From Eledone cirrhosa (taxonomy: Eukaryota), in the NCBI GenBank assembly GCA_964016885.1, contig OZ024740.1:168082001-168146000 (forward strand): a stretch of 64,000 bases of DNA, in the 5' to 3' direction. The notes below the pieces were generated by a model. The model worked only from the letters and a program-made list of their open reading frames with translations. It did not search any database and was not told where the DNA came from. A program made the translations under genes and the position numbers. How positions within the stretch are numbered: the stretch's first letter is position 1; every line of letters starts with the position of its first letter. Below are positions 52,300 through 64,000 of this stretch, piece after piece.

Positions 52300-54799
52300 T
52301 CTCAAGGTCGTCCTGACCTACGCTCCCACAAGTGCCAGCGACGACGATGAGGTGGAAGAATTCTATCGCCAGCTAGACAAAGTGCTAGCTGTGAAGTCCA
52401 CTTACACCATCGGGATGGGAGACTTCAACGCAAAGGTCGGACAGGGACGGCAAGGGGAAGAGTATGTCGGAAGATTCGGCCTAGGAGAGCGAAATGAGAG
52501 AGGAGAGCGTCTGGTCACCATGGCGGAGGCGAGACGTCTCTACATCGGAAACAGCCTATTGAGGAAGAAGAAGGAGAAGAGATAGACCTGGGTATCGCCA
52601 AATTCTGAGCACCGAAACGAGATTGACTACATCTTGGTCGACAAACAACGTATACTGCAGGACGTCTCCGTCATAACGCCATTCAACACTGGCAGTGATC
52701 ATCGTCTGGTGAGGGCGAGGATCATCATCGACCAGACGACGGAGAAGAAGGCGCTGTATTTGGCGTCGAAGGGAGAACGCGTTCGGGTCTTCAACGAGGC
52801 GCAGCTGCAGGAAGCCATTATGCAGGAAAATTGGCGTCAAGGAGACGGCATAGACGCTGACTACGACTTACTGATAGGGAAACTGAAGGAGTGCTTGAGG
52901 AAGGCTAAGGGTGTGTGCCCGAGGGAGCGGAAGGAAAGAGTCTCGGAGGAAACTATGAAGTTGCTTGAGAAGAGGAAGAATATGAAGAGGACACCTGAAG
53001 ATCACCTCGAATATTCCCTTCTGAGCAGAGTGATACGTCAACAACCGAAGAGAGGCTTCGAGGCATACCGGATGGAAAAGCTCCCGAAGGCCGCAAAGGA
53101 AAAGAAGAGCCTCAAGAAATGCGAGAGGGACATGACAATGTACAGATCGGAGGTGACGACCCTGAAAAACACAGCTGGAGTACCGGTCAGCGACAAGAGT
53201 GAGGTGGAAAAGGTTTGCGAAGACTTCTATACCAAGCTCTTCAAGTCTACCGGGAATGTGCAGCCTTTGCCGTCACTCCAACAGGAAGAAAATGTGCCAC
53301 CCATCCTTGTCGGTGAGGTCGAAAAAGCCGTCGGCTTGATGAAAAGCGGAAAGACGCCAGGGAAAGACGGGATAACATCGGAGGTGTTGAAGTCAGGCGG
53401 AGAGCAGCTCCGGAAAATCCTCGCCGAACGATTCACACACTATCTGGGCGAGGGAAGAATACCCTTGCAGTAGAAAGAGTCGAATACCATCCTGCTATAC
53501 AAGAAGAGCGATAGAGAAGATCTGAAGAACTACCGACCCATATGCCTGCTGTCTCACGTGTACAAGCTGTTCAAGATAATCCTGAACAGGTTATCACGTC
53601 ATCCGAACGAACAGCAACCGAGAGAGCAAGCCGGCTTCCGGAAAAACTACAGCACGATGGACCACATATTTACTCTGACACAACTGCTTGAGTGAGCAAA
53701 AGAGTACAAGATGCCTCTTTGCGTCGCGTTCGTAGACTACGAGAAGGCCTTCGACAGCGTCGAAATCAACTCAGTGCTGAACTCGCTGCAGGTGCAAGAA
53801 GTCGAGGCGCAATACGTTCAACTGCTCATGGAGGCGAGTTCCGGATGCACCACCGACATAGCTCTGCTGTCATCACCCGTACGAGTGCCGGTCGAGAAGG
53901 GAGTCAAGCCAGGAGATACTATCTCTCCAAAACTTTTCACCGCGTGTCTCGAGCAGATCATCAGAGGCGTTGACTGGCAAGGCGGTGTCAACATCAACGG
54001 CGAGATACTTACCCACCTCCGTTTCGCTGATGACATCGTACTTATTGCTGAAACCACGGATCAGCTTCAGACCACGCTGACGGAGCTCGACATCAAAAGC
54101 TCTGCAGTAGGCCTCAAGACGAACCGCATAAAAACGAAGTTCATGCGGTCCGACAACGTACTAACAGGCCGAATGGTGGTTGGCGGTGATAAAATAGAGG
54201 AGGTGGAGGAATACTTCTACCTGGGACAAGAAGTGAACATGCGCTGAGACATTGAGAGGGAGATCTCGCGGAGAGTACGGGCCGGATGGAAGGTGTTCAA
54301 CGGCATAAGGGATGTGCTCAAGCGTAGGTTGGACAAGACCACCCGCGCCAACATCTTCAATAGCACAGTTTTACCTGCAATGTTATATGGCAGTGAAACT
54401 TGGGCTACAACGAAGAGAGAAGAGCAGAGGTTGGTAACGGCTCAAAGAGCCATGGAGAGATCAATGCTAGGAATCTCGTTGAGAGAGCACATCAGGAGCG
54501 ATGTCATCAGACAGAAGTCCGACGTGAGGGACGCCATCACGGAATATATGCGCAGCAAGTTCAGATGGGCTGGACACGTCGCCCGATTCACCGATAATCG
54601 GTGGACCCGCGCAGTTGCCGAGTGGTACCCGCGATAGCGGAAACGACCACTCGGAAATCCTCCACGAGGGTGGAGTTACGGTTTTAAGAATTGGTACTAC
54701 ATGGATGAGGAAAGCACGATCCAGAGAGGAATGGACGGCGTGCTGTGACCAGCGGCGCCGAATGGACGCCCGACAGACTGGTCGGTCAAGGTGGTCAAG

Positions 54800-54803
<4 letters not shown>
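52300..54803 (+). mobile_element. 5'-truncated RTE-clade LINE (APE and RT), with stops
   Basis: [66 protein letters not shown]. Tail (GGTCAAGGT)2 then (TA)n. Confidence 0.92.
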
Positions 54804-54866
<63 letters not shown>

Positions 54867-55078
54867 GTGTGTGCGTGTGTGTATGTATGTGTGTGTGTGT
54901 GTGTGTGTGTGTGCATAAACACATATATGTAAATGACTCTATAACCCAGACGGATTTTCTCTTCGAGGATACCATAGGTGGTGATCACCTACCACAAAAA
55001 CTATCGGTCACACTGCCGAATCGCGCTGCTGCAACCATCCCTACAAGGACATCAGCCCCACCACAACCAGGTAGATTA

Positions 55079-55142
<64 letters not shown>

Positions 55143-55312
55143 CAATATATTTCGAAACACACAGATACATGCGGACACACACATATATACATGAATGCAT
55201 CCGCACCCAACTGTGAGTTAAGGGTGCCAACTTCACCGATGTTGCTCAATGAATGACTGGGACAGACCAATTCAGTTGAACTAGACTGAACCAGTATCAG
55301 AGTTAAAAATAC

Positions 55313-55777
55313 ATTATGAAGAGAGAAGAAACATTTAGATATAATTAGTAATAAAATGTATCATACCTAAACTGCTCCTAAATTCCTCGACTACGTAGTT
55401 TCGTGGCATAAACAAAAACAATATATCATAAAGATATAGAGTCCTTGCGAGGTCTGCCGACTTATCAAGAGGATACCTCATTTTACTAGTCTCAAGAACG
55501 CGTCTACACGACGTGAGAAAGAATCCCAAAAGGCGGAGGGGGAGATAGTCACGCGATATAACGGTCGAGAAACAGAGCTAAGCCTCTTATAACCCCGAAG
55601 AAAATACCACGGAGGCGGAGGGGGTATTTATATCGAGGCAGACCTCGCAAGGACTCTATATCTTTATGATATATTGTTTTTGTTTATGCCACGAAACTAC
55701 GTAGTCGAGGAATTTAGGAGCAGTTTAGGTATGATACATTTTATTACTAATTATATCTAAATGTTTCTTCTCTCTTC

Positions 55778-55782
<5 letters not shown>
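55313..55782. repeat. Hairpin: ~146 bp inverted arms, 178 bp spacer, half-hammerhead in each arm
   Basis: 55313-55458 is the reverse complement of 55637-55782. Contains GAA-ACTA cg TAGT-C. Confidence 0.85.
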
Positions 55783-55819
<37 letters not shown>

Positions 55820-55820
<1 letters not shown>

Positions 55821-56190
55821 GATATTAACAAATGGAAACTATATTTATAAAACCATATTTTTTTTCATTATACATATTTCAAGGACACCAAGTTAAATTA
55901 TGGTGTGCTTTCATCAGATAAAATATAATATAGAGCAGTTTTATAAATAAATATTGACATAACCTTAAAGAATGCAACCATTACTGTTGGAAGCTCCCGG
56001 ATAGGACTATTCGTGAGCTTCCAACAGTAATGGTTGCATTCTTTAAGGGTATGTCAATATTTATTTATAAAACTGCTCTATATTATATTTTATCTGATGA
56101 AAGCACACCATAATTTAACTTGGTGTCCTTGAAATATGTATAATGAAAAAAATATGGTTTTATAAATATAGTTTCCATTTGTTAATATCG
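55820..56190. mobile_element. Near-perfect ~370 bp palindrome of two family C hammerhead units, in (TA)n
   Basis: Arms 55820-55996 and 56015-56190. TCATCAG at 55911-55917, CTGATGA at 56094-56100. Confidence 0.9.
56085..56152 (+). ncRNA. Type I hammerhead (family C)
   Basis: TTTTAT-CTGATGA-AAGCACACCA taatttaact TGGTGTCCTT-GAA-ATA tg TAT-A-ATGAAA. Confidence 0.75.
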
Positions 56191-56221
<31 letters not shown>

Positions 56222-56684
56222 GCAAATATATATATATGTATTATATATATATATATATGAAAAAGGTAAACAGAAATAACAAAGCAAACGACACAGTACA
56301 AGGAAGAAATATATCAGTTTTACGTTTACGCTTCATATAGTAGGAAGAGAATCTTAACGTTCTAGGCGCTAGTCCTTCTTCCGAAAATAGAATGAGAAAT
56401 TAAAGAATGTGTATAGATAGATACATACATATTGTATTACATTGTTTTGTTTTATACTTGTGGCCATTGAAGGTTTTCATAATACATATAGTTTTGTATA
56501 TATGTGTAGATGTGTGAAAGAAAATGAATGAGTGACATTCTTTGGTAATGTGCACTTACATACGACTGCCCAGGTAAACAGAGATATGCACACGTTGGCA
56601 CAATAATTTACACATATAACACATATATATGTGTGCATATACGTTTGTGTGTATATATATATATACACGCACTCTCACACACAC

Positions 56685-56740
<56 letters not shown>

Positions 56741-56745
<5 letters not shown>

Positions 56746-57950
56746 ATACTTGGGGAGGGTCATATTTGCGTAATATTGCCAGAATTAATAACAGAACACA
56801 CTCACTGTTTGGTTGGTTTTCGCTTCTCGCTGTCTTTTATATCTGCGATCTAACTTACTCGGTCCTCAATGTTGCCATTGACTGACCGACGGTCAAAAAT
56901 AGTACAGATACAATATAGACACAAACACATATATATAGTTTACATAATTTAGATAAATCTTTCGTTGCACATCTGCAACATCGTCAGTGGTGTTATATTT
57001 TTTCCTCCTGTTGTGTTGTATGTCTACGCCATTTTTTATTCAGTCTGTCTATGTATGTATTTATTTATTTGCTTGTTTGTTTATTTTATTTTGTCTTCAT
57101 GTGCATGCGTTTGCGTGTGTGTATAGTGTTATGTGTGCTGTGTGACTAGTGTGTATAGTGTTGTGTCTGGTGGGTGACTAGTGTGTGTTTATGTGCTTGT
57201 TGTTATTGTGCTTGTGTATGTATTTATTTATTTTATTTTATTTTATTTTATTTATTTACTTATTTATACTTCTCTTAGGTCAGTGTTGTTTGTTTGGGTG
57301 TTGTTGTTGTTCCACTCATTCTTTCTGTTTAGCTTTGGTCTTCAAATTTCTATTTCACTGGCCTCTCTGATTTGCCTATCTGCTGGGTCATTCCTATGTT
57401 TAGATATTATTCTAATTTCTATGTTGTCTATGTTACCGTCATGTTGTTGTCTAGCATGTTCGTATAGTACTGACCCGTTTTTTCGTCCTTTTAGTTCCTC
57501 CCAGTGTTGGTCTATCCTTTCACCTATGCTACGAGCTGTCTCACCTATGTATGTTGTTGTCATGTTTCTGCAAGTACCCTCTGTACATCTTATGCTATAG
57601 ACTACGTTTCTAGTTTTACAGTTTATCCGGGGGTTCACCTTACATATGATACATTTCCTATTGGTACAGTGGGTTTTCTTAAAAGGGTAGGTTTTGCTGA
57701 TCAGGGATTTTATGGTGGTTCCTGGCTTTTCTACCACCTTTATTTTTAAGTGGGTCTTTCTCAGGGCCTTTCTACACTGGTTAGCTAAGGGGTGGCGTCC
57801 ACAAACATGACACTCTGATATCTCTGGTTGTCGTACCATGATGTGGCCTTCCCTATCTTATGTCTAGCCCTATCTAAGCTATTCCATGATTTGCTCCTGT
57901 ATAGTGGGCAAATTCCTTTCATGTCCAGTTCTATGAGGGTCTTATACTTG
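56741..57950 (-). mobile_element. PLE 3' portion (GIY-YIG and pseudo-LTR with hammerhead), left arm
   Basis: ORF 57342-57839 NVVYSIRC..TYIGETARSIGERIDQH. Hammerhead CTGACGA-T-GTTGCA gatg TGCAAC-GAA-AGAT tt ATCT-A at 56950-56987(-). Confidence 0.9.
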
Positions 57951-60729
57951 GTACGAGTGATGAAAAATGTGTCCAGCATGTGCGACCCAACAGAAATGGA
58001 AAGACACATCCAACACTTCATCAACCGCATGCAGTTCTCTGGCTACAACCAAAGAGACAGAGTCAGAGTATACGAAGGAGCCAACAACCAGAGGTCCAAC
58101 AACTTGGGATAAAACCTTTAGAAGGCTTAGTTAGCCTCAAGCAGCGCACAAGGGATGGTGAGGTAGTATGTCTACCCACGGATAAGTCTGGTAGGATATC
58201 AATAGACAGCATGCCGAACTACATCGAGACTATGCAACCCACATCACCAACACGAGCGAAATTACACAGCAAATACATGAGGCGGAGAGAGAAGATCCTC
58301 AACGCTCACATGATGATGTGGACCGACATCCTAAAGCCAAGCAGACGCACTGCCAACAACTTTCAGGCGTCTATCAATGACAAACCACTCTTGTATCGGC
58401 TCCGCAAAGACCACAAGACAGTCGACGACCCGACGACGAGACCACCAACAAGACCTGTATGCGGAGCCAATATCGCTAGCAACTACAGGATCTCCTACTT
58501 CCTCTCAATGGTTATACGCCCCATAATCAAGATTTCCCCAGATGTATGTGACTGTACATAGGACCTCCTCAGCAGAATCAGTGAGTGCAACAAAAACAAA
58601 AATCTATCCAACTGCATAATAGGCAGTATGGACATGATATCACTATACCCATCCATTAACATTGATTTTGCTGTGGAAAAATGTGTGGAGATGATCAGTG
58701 AGAGTGAGGTGGAGTTCTGCGACGTCGAGACAGACGAACTTTGCCTCCTACTTAGACTTACTTATGACACTGACTAGCTAGACAGCCATGACCTTAGCCA
58801 GTACACCCATAAGAGGTAGACCCCCACCATAACCTCAATGGCAAAAGAGACTCCCATGGGAGGGTGGATCGGGTGGACCAAAGCCATACAAAACAATGAT
58901 CAGGTAAGAAAAATGGTCGCACATACAATAGGGGCTAGTATTAAAACTACCCTAAAGGGCCACATATTCAAATTCAACGAGAAGATCTACACCCAAAATG
59001 AGGGAGCAGCTATTGGCGTCAGCATAGCTGGTGACGTTGCCAACCTTTTTATGGTATCGTGGGAAAGGAGACTCAAAGATCTCCTTGATGAGAGCTTCAT
59101 AGACCTCATCATGTACTCTCGTTATGTAGACGACATTAATATAGTAATAAGGACATCCCCTCAAGAGAGTACTAATTTAGAATGTAGCACAATGGAAAGC
59201 ATCCAGCAGATAGCTAATTCCATACACCAGAGTATAACTGTAACTATCGACTACCCTTCCACACACCCTAACAATAGACTACCTGTATTAGACACGGAAC
59301 TCTGGATTAACACTATAGACGAGAGAGCCCAAATTCTCCACTCACACTACGCTAAACCCATGGCCTCCAAATATCTGATACTCAAAAACTCAGCAATGTC
59401 CAGTAGTGCTAAGTTTAATATTCTGATCGCAGACTTGGTAAGAGTGATGAAGAACGTGTCCCGCATGTGCGACCCAAAAGAAATGGAAAGACACATCCAA
59501 CACTTCATCAACCGCATGCAGTTCTCTGGCTACGACCAAAGAGACAGAATCAGAGTATACGAAGGAGCGACGGAGAAGTATAAGACCCTCATAGAACTGG
59601 ACATGAAAGGAATTTGCCCATTATACAGGAGCAAATCATGGAATAGCTTAGATAGGACTAAACATAAGATAGGGAAAGCCACCTCATGGTACGACAACCA
59701 GATATACCAGAGTGTCATGTTCATGGACGCTACCCCTGGAGGGAAATTAGCTAACCAGTATAGAAAGGCCCTGAGAAAGACCCACCTAAAGATTAAGGTG
59801 GTAGAAAAGCCAGGAACCACCATAAAATCCCTGATCAGCAAAACAGACCCTTTTAAGAAAACCCACTGTACTAATAGGAAATGTAAAGTAAACCCCCGGA
59901 TAAACTGTAAAACTAGAAACGTAGCCTATAGCATAAGATGTACAGAGAGTACTTGCAGAAACATGATAACAACATACATAGGCGAGACAGCTCGTAGCAT
60001 AGGTGAAAGGATAGACCAACACTGTGGGGAACTAAAAGGAAGAAAAAACGGTTCAGTACTATACGAACAAGCCAGACAACAACATGACGGTAACATAGAC
60101 AACATAGAAATTAAAATAATATCTAAACATAAAAATGACCCAGCAGATAGGCAAATCAGAGAGGCCAGTGAAATAGAACTTAGAAGGCCAAAGCTAAACA
60201 GAAAAAATGAATGGAATAACAACAACACCCAAACAAACAATACTGACCTAAGAGAAATATAAATAAATAAATAAATATATACACCAGCACAATAACAACA
60301 AACACATATAAACACACACTAGTAAACTAAGATAGAATATAATAACCAAAACACAGTCACCCAAACGCATCAAACACTATACACACACGCAAACGCATGC
60401 GCAGAGAAGAAGTCAAAAACAAATAAATAAATAAATAAACAGATTAAATAAAGATGGCGTAGACATACAATACAACAGGAGGAAACATAATAGCACCACT
60501 GACGATGTTGCAAATGTGCAACGAAAGAACTTTGTTAGACTAAATATATGTGTTTGGGTCTATATTATATCTGTATTTTTGACCGTTAGTCAGTCAATGG
60601 TAAACATTGAGGACCGAATAAATTAACTGATATAAAAGATACAGAAGCGAAAACCAACCAAACAGTGAGTGTGTTATGTTATTAATTCTGTCAATATTAT
60701 TACAACAATATTACCCTTCCCAAGTATAA

Positions 60730-60731
<2 letters not shown>
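57946..60731 (+). mobile_element. Penelope-like element (RT plus C-terminal GIY-YIG), 5'-truncated, disrupted
   Basis: PTDKSG, RKDHK, TRPVCGA, GSMDMISLYPSI, QNEGAAIG, YSRYVDD, LPVLD, YAKPM, YIGET, RQIREA..LNRKNEW. Three in-frame TAGs between 58559 and about 58820. Hammerhead core at 60499-60526. Confidence 0.92.
58838..60262 (+). CDS. PLE RT C-terminal half and GIY-YIG endonuclease (open remnant, 474 aa)
   Basis: ORF track; motifs as listed for 57946-60731. Confidence 0.8.
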   Translation: MAKETPMGGWIGWTKAIQNNDQVRKMVAHTIGASIKTTLKGHIFKFNEKIYTQNEGAAIGVSIAGDVANLFMVSWERRLKDLLDESFIDLIMYSRYVDDINIVIRTSPQESTNLECSTMESIQQIANSIHQSITVTIDYPSTHPNNRLPVLDTELWINTIDERAQILHSHYAKPMASKYLILKNSAMSSSAKFNILIADLVRVMKNVSRMCDPKEMERHIQHFINRMQFSGYDQRDRIRVYEGATEKYKTLIELDMKGICPLYRSKSWNSLDRTKHKIGKATSWYDNQIYQSVMFMDATPGGKLANQYRKALRKTHLKIKVVEKPGTTIKSLISKTDPFKKTHCTNRKCKVNPRINCKTRNVAYSIRCTESTCRNMITTYIGETARSIGERIDQHCGELKGRKNGSVLYEQARQQHDGNIDNIEIKIISKHKNDPADRQIREASEIELRRPKLNRKNEWNNNNTQTNNTDLREI

Positions 60732-60824
<93 letters not shown>

Positions 60825-61268
60825 AAATTTGGTGTAATTCACAACATTTACATCTGTCGGATGCGTGCGTTTCGCTGGAGCTTAGCCCTTATTAACAAGC
60901 ACTCCCCCATAGACCATAAGTATACACCAATTGTTGAGCGGCATTCAGTAAAAAATCGGCTACTCCTGCCCCTAATACATGAAAGCCCCAATCACCAACA
61001 AACCTAAGAGCGCTCCCACACTGGTAGGTTCTTGCTGAAAGCCAGAACCATGCCCTCTGGATCAGCAGTGGAATGCACCCACAGTGGTATATGAAGCTGA
61101 GGTAACTTCCATCCAACCGAATCACCTAAACAGCCACAAACCGCAACCTTGCACATCAAGCTTATCCCCACCTATCACTACATAAGTTTCCCTGTTACAA
61201 TATCTTTTTAATACACGAAAAACCACAAAAATATCACCCCACCTACGAAGCTCTAACTTCTATAATAT

Positions 61269-61304
<36 letters not shown>

Positions 61305-61307
<3 letters not shown>

Positions 61308-61673
61308 TTTTTGAAGAAACAGGGGGCTGTATGGTTGCTGGATAAAGTGTATTTATAAATAAGAGGAAAGCACAAACGGAGGATATTTCCTATCATCAGT
61401 TGTCTGCTGGAGATTACGACATTTCTACTCATTAAGACAATATGTCAAGCTCCAGTGAGTCAATAACTAAGGAAGTTATTGGGGAAAAGAGAGAGAGAAA
61501 AAAAATAACAGAAGGGAAAAAGGAAAGAAAAAAAAGGAAAAGAGCATACCGAAGAGGGAAACACGAAAAGCACTTGTATGTAAGCAACCAAAGAGTTACT
61601 GGACTTTCGACCGAGGCTATGTTGAAGGTGAATCAGAGAGCGAAGAAAACAGGCTTGATTTCCGCAAGCGTAG

Positions 61674-61678
<5 letters not shown>
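61305..61678 (-). repeat. Diverged relative of repeat Z, in (TA)n
   Basis: TCATCAGTTGTCT.CTGG..ATTTCTAC..GTCAATAACT..GTTATTGGG shared with 46674-46770. Confidence 0.55.
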
Positions 61679-61768
<90 letters not shown>

Positions 61769-62119
61769 CGACCCTTAATTCCTGATAGAGATGTAAGGTC
61801 CGTGTGTTTATATTTTAAACCTAGTGAAGCCTATCCCATCTCCATGTCTGAATACAAACAAGTCTATTCGATCGATTTTAAGTCTCTTATAGGGTCACTC
61901 CCTTGAAAACACGGAAATATTTGCTATGGTAAGATTCTTTTGTTATCTTGGCACTTTTAACAATCTTCATAACGCATTGTGTTGGTCTTCAAAATTTTAA
62001 TTTGTGTTTCATGTATAGGGGGTAAAGGAATTGGGTATAATACCAGTTTCTTACCAAATGCGAAGAAGCTCGATATATTAGCCCCTTAGGATCGGGTACA
62101 GAACCTAATTATTTTTTAG

Positions 62120-62167
<48 letters not shown>

Positions 62168-62489
62168 GTGGCGGTGGAACTGGAGGGCATGCCCTGTCCC
62201 CATCCTAATAGTTATATTTTTCTCCCCAAACTACCAAAAACACACAACTATTTGGTTATGCGCTACAATTTGTGTACATATTATGTTTATCCCATATTGA
62301 AATGTTCTGACCATTTTAGAGAGCAAAGAGCTAAACTAATCAGTACAAGGAAATTGACCAAATTTGCTCCCACCCCTCCCCCAATTCAAAGATGCTTCCA
62401 CTACACCTGCTCTGTGTGTGTTTTTGTTTGTGCGTGTATGCGCATGCGTGTGTGTAGGGGTGTAAATAAGATCTCTGACTTCGCAATTG

Positions 62490-62508
62490 TTTCTTCTTCT
62501 TCTTCTTC

Positions 62509-62550
<42 letters not shown>

Positions 62551-62675
62551 TCCTCCCTCTTCTTCTTCTTCTTCTTCTTCTCCTCCTTCTTCTTCTTCTT
62601 CTTCTTCTTCTCCTTCTCCTTCTTCTTATTCTTCCCTCTCGCCCTTCTTCTTCATCTTCTTCTTCTTCTTCTTCT
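62490..62675. repeat. (TTC)n/(TTA)n compound microsatellite
   Basis: Direct inspection. Confidence 0.9.
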
Positions 62676-62841
62676 CCCACTAATTCCTGAGAGGTCCCTG
62701 TCCCGAGATCCCAGTTGTTTTTCTCCAATAATCTAAAGGCTGGTGTTAATAGTTTGATGGTTTTTTGTCAACTCACGATATACTTGTTCTATTTACTGGT
62801 TCTAACATGTTATTTCAGTATAACCCTCTGTCTGTGTGCCT

Positions 62842-62895
<54 letters not shown>

Positions 62896-64000
62896 ATGTA
62901 AATGTGCGTGCATGTCTATGTCTCTTTATGTTCACGTGTGTGTGCGTGTGTTTATGTTTTTCTCTGTTCTTGTTAGTGTATTTGGGTACGAGAGTACGGG
63001 TGTATGCTTCTCTTTATGTGTTTCTGATTTTACATAATTTCTAATAGATTTCGACGTGTGCGGTCATAATTTAGTAATTGTCGCTGTTATATTTACTCTC
63101 TTTGTTTAACCTTAGATTAGACCTGTTTGAAATGACGTATGATGAAAGATATTCCGGCTCTGACCTTTCAGACCTTATATAGTTAACTAAGAATTTACAA
63201 TTTACATTATCTAATGTATCCTTCTTATGTTTATCTTAATGCTATATGATTTGATTATGCATTATTTCTTGCACACCGAGTGACACCCCAGTCACTGATT
63301 TAACGGTAGTTATTGGGTTGGGTTGGGTGGGGATATATCTTCGGAGATTTGAGTTCATATTTTTCTTTTTTTTTTCCTTTTTTTTTAGATTCACTGCTAT
63401 AAATATGTGGTTGGTTTACGTCACTAGTTTATTTAGAAGGGGAATAAGAAAATCTTACTTTCCTATTCTAATAGCTTCCTTGTCTAACAACTCAATGATC
63501 ACATGCTTATGTGGATTATGAATAAATCATAATAATGATATTTTAAAAACTTTTAAAGGATTTAAGCCGAACGTTTGGCAGTTCGTATCGCGTTATTGAT
63601 ACGTTGTTTCCATGTTCCAAAACAATCAACTGAGGTGTCCAGTAAACTCGAATATCCCCCAAACTGAAAGGTTCATTGGGAGCGGAGCTTGGTCTGTGTT
63701 TCATGATGTTGAGAGTGAAATCTCCCCTAACATTCGATACATAACATTAATGTTACATTCCTAGATGGTGTGTTTTAGAAGTAAACGAGAAAGCAGATCA
63801 CATTATGGGTCTCTCAGAGGACTAGTAAGGTTGATGTTAAATTTGAACAGTTATAGATTCATGCCGGAAATCATAGAAGAGGAGGGAATTTCGTAGAGTT
63901 GTATGTTTGTGAAAGAAGTGGGAAAAATTATTAATGTGGGATTAAGGATACAAAGAGAGGAAGAGAAGCAGGAGAGAGATGACTAGGTCACATAGGCCTT

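Noticed and set aside
58559-58820. Programmed recoding (selenocysteine or readthrough) of in-frame stops in the PLE
   Set aside because: The stops are TAG, not TGA, and are not at evident Cys positions; other lesions are present, so ordinary decay is simpler
63050-64000. Unique-looking sequence as a possible host exon
   Set aside because: No ORF with a recognisable motif and no convincing splice-site pair

Overview
Eukaryotic, AT-rich, microsatellite-saturated genomic DNA. The repeat families suggest a coleoid cephalopod such as an octopus, but that is inference. No convincing host gene is present and almost all long ORFs belong to retroelements. (1) 16.1-38.1 kb is a ~22 kb head-to-tail array of a Tx1/L1-type LINE on the minus strand. 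It has three full-length ~5.8 kb copies plus older truncated copies, and nearly all junctions lie in (GATA)n/(TATC)n. The outer full-length copies carry complementary lesions (one has intact ORF2, the other intact ORF1), and the middle copy is a mosaic carrying both lesions. (2) The (TA)n tracts hold Penelope-like elements (PLEs; three distinct GIY-YIG types) and many short non-coding units with hammerhead-ribozyme motifs. I count about 18 such motifs by eye in about 8 unrelated sequence families. They include a ~420-nt tandem repeat with one hammerhead per unit (non-LTR-retrozyme-like) and several hairpin insertions. (3) The window also has RTE LINEs, Dong/R4-like and CRE-like 3' fragments, tRNA-derived SINEs, mariner/hAT/Helitron remnants, and a nested ~6.6 kb palindrome at 45.0-51.6 kb. 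All alignments and folds were done by eye.
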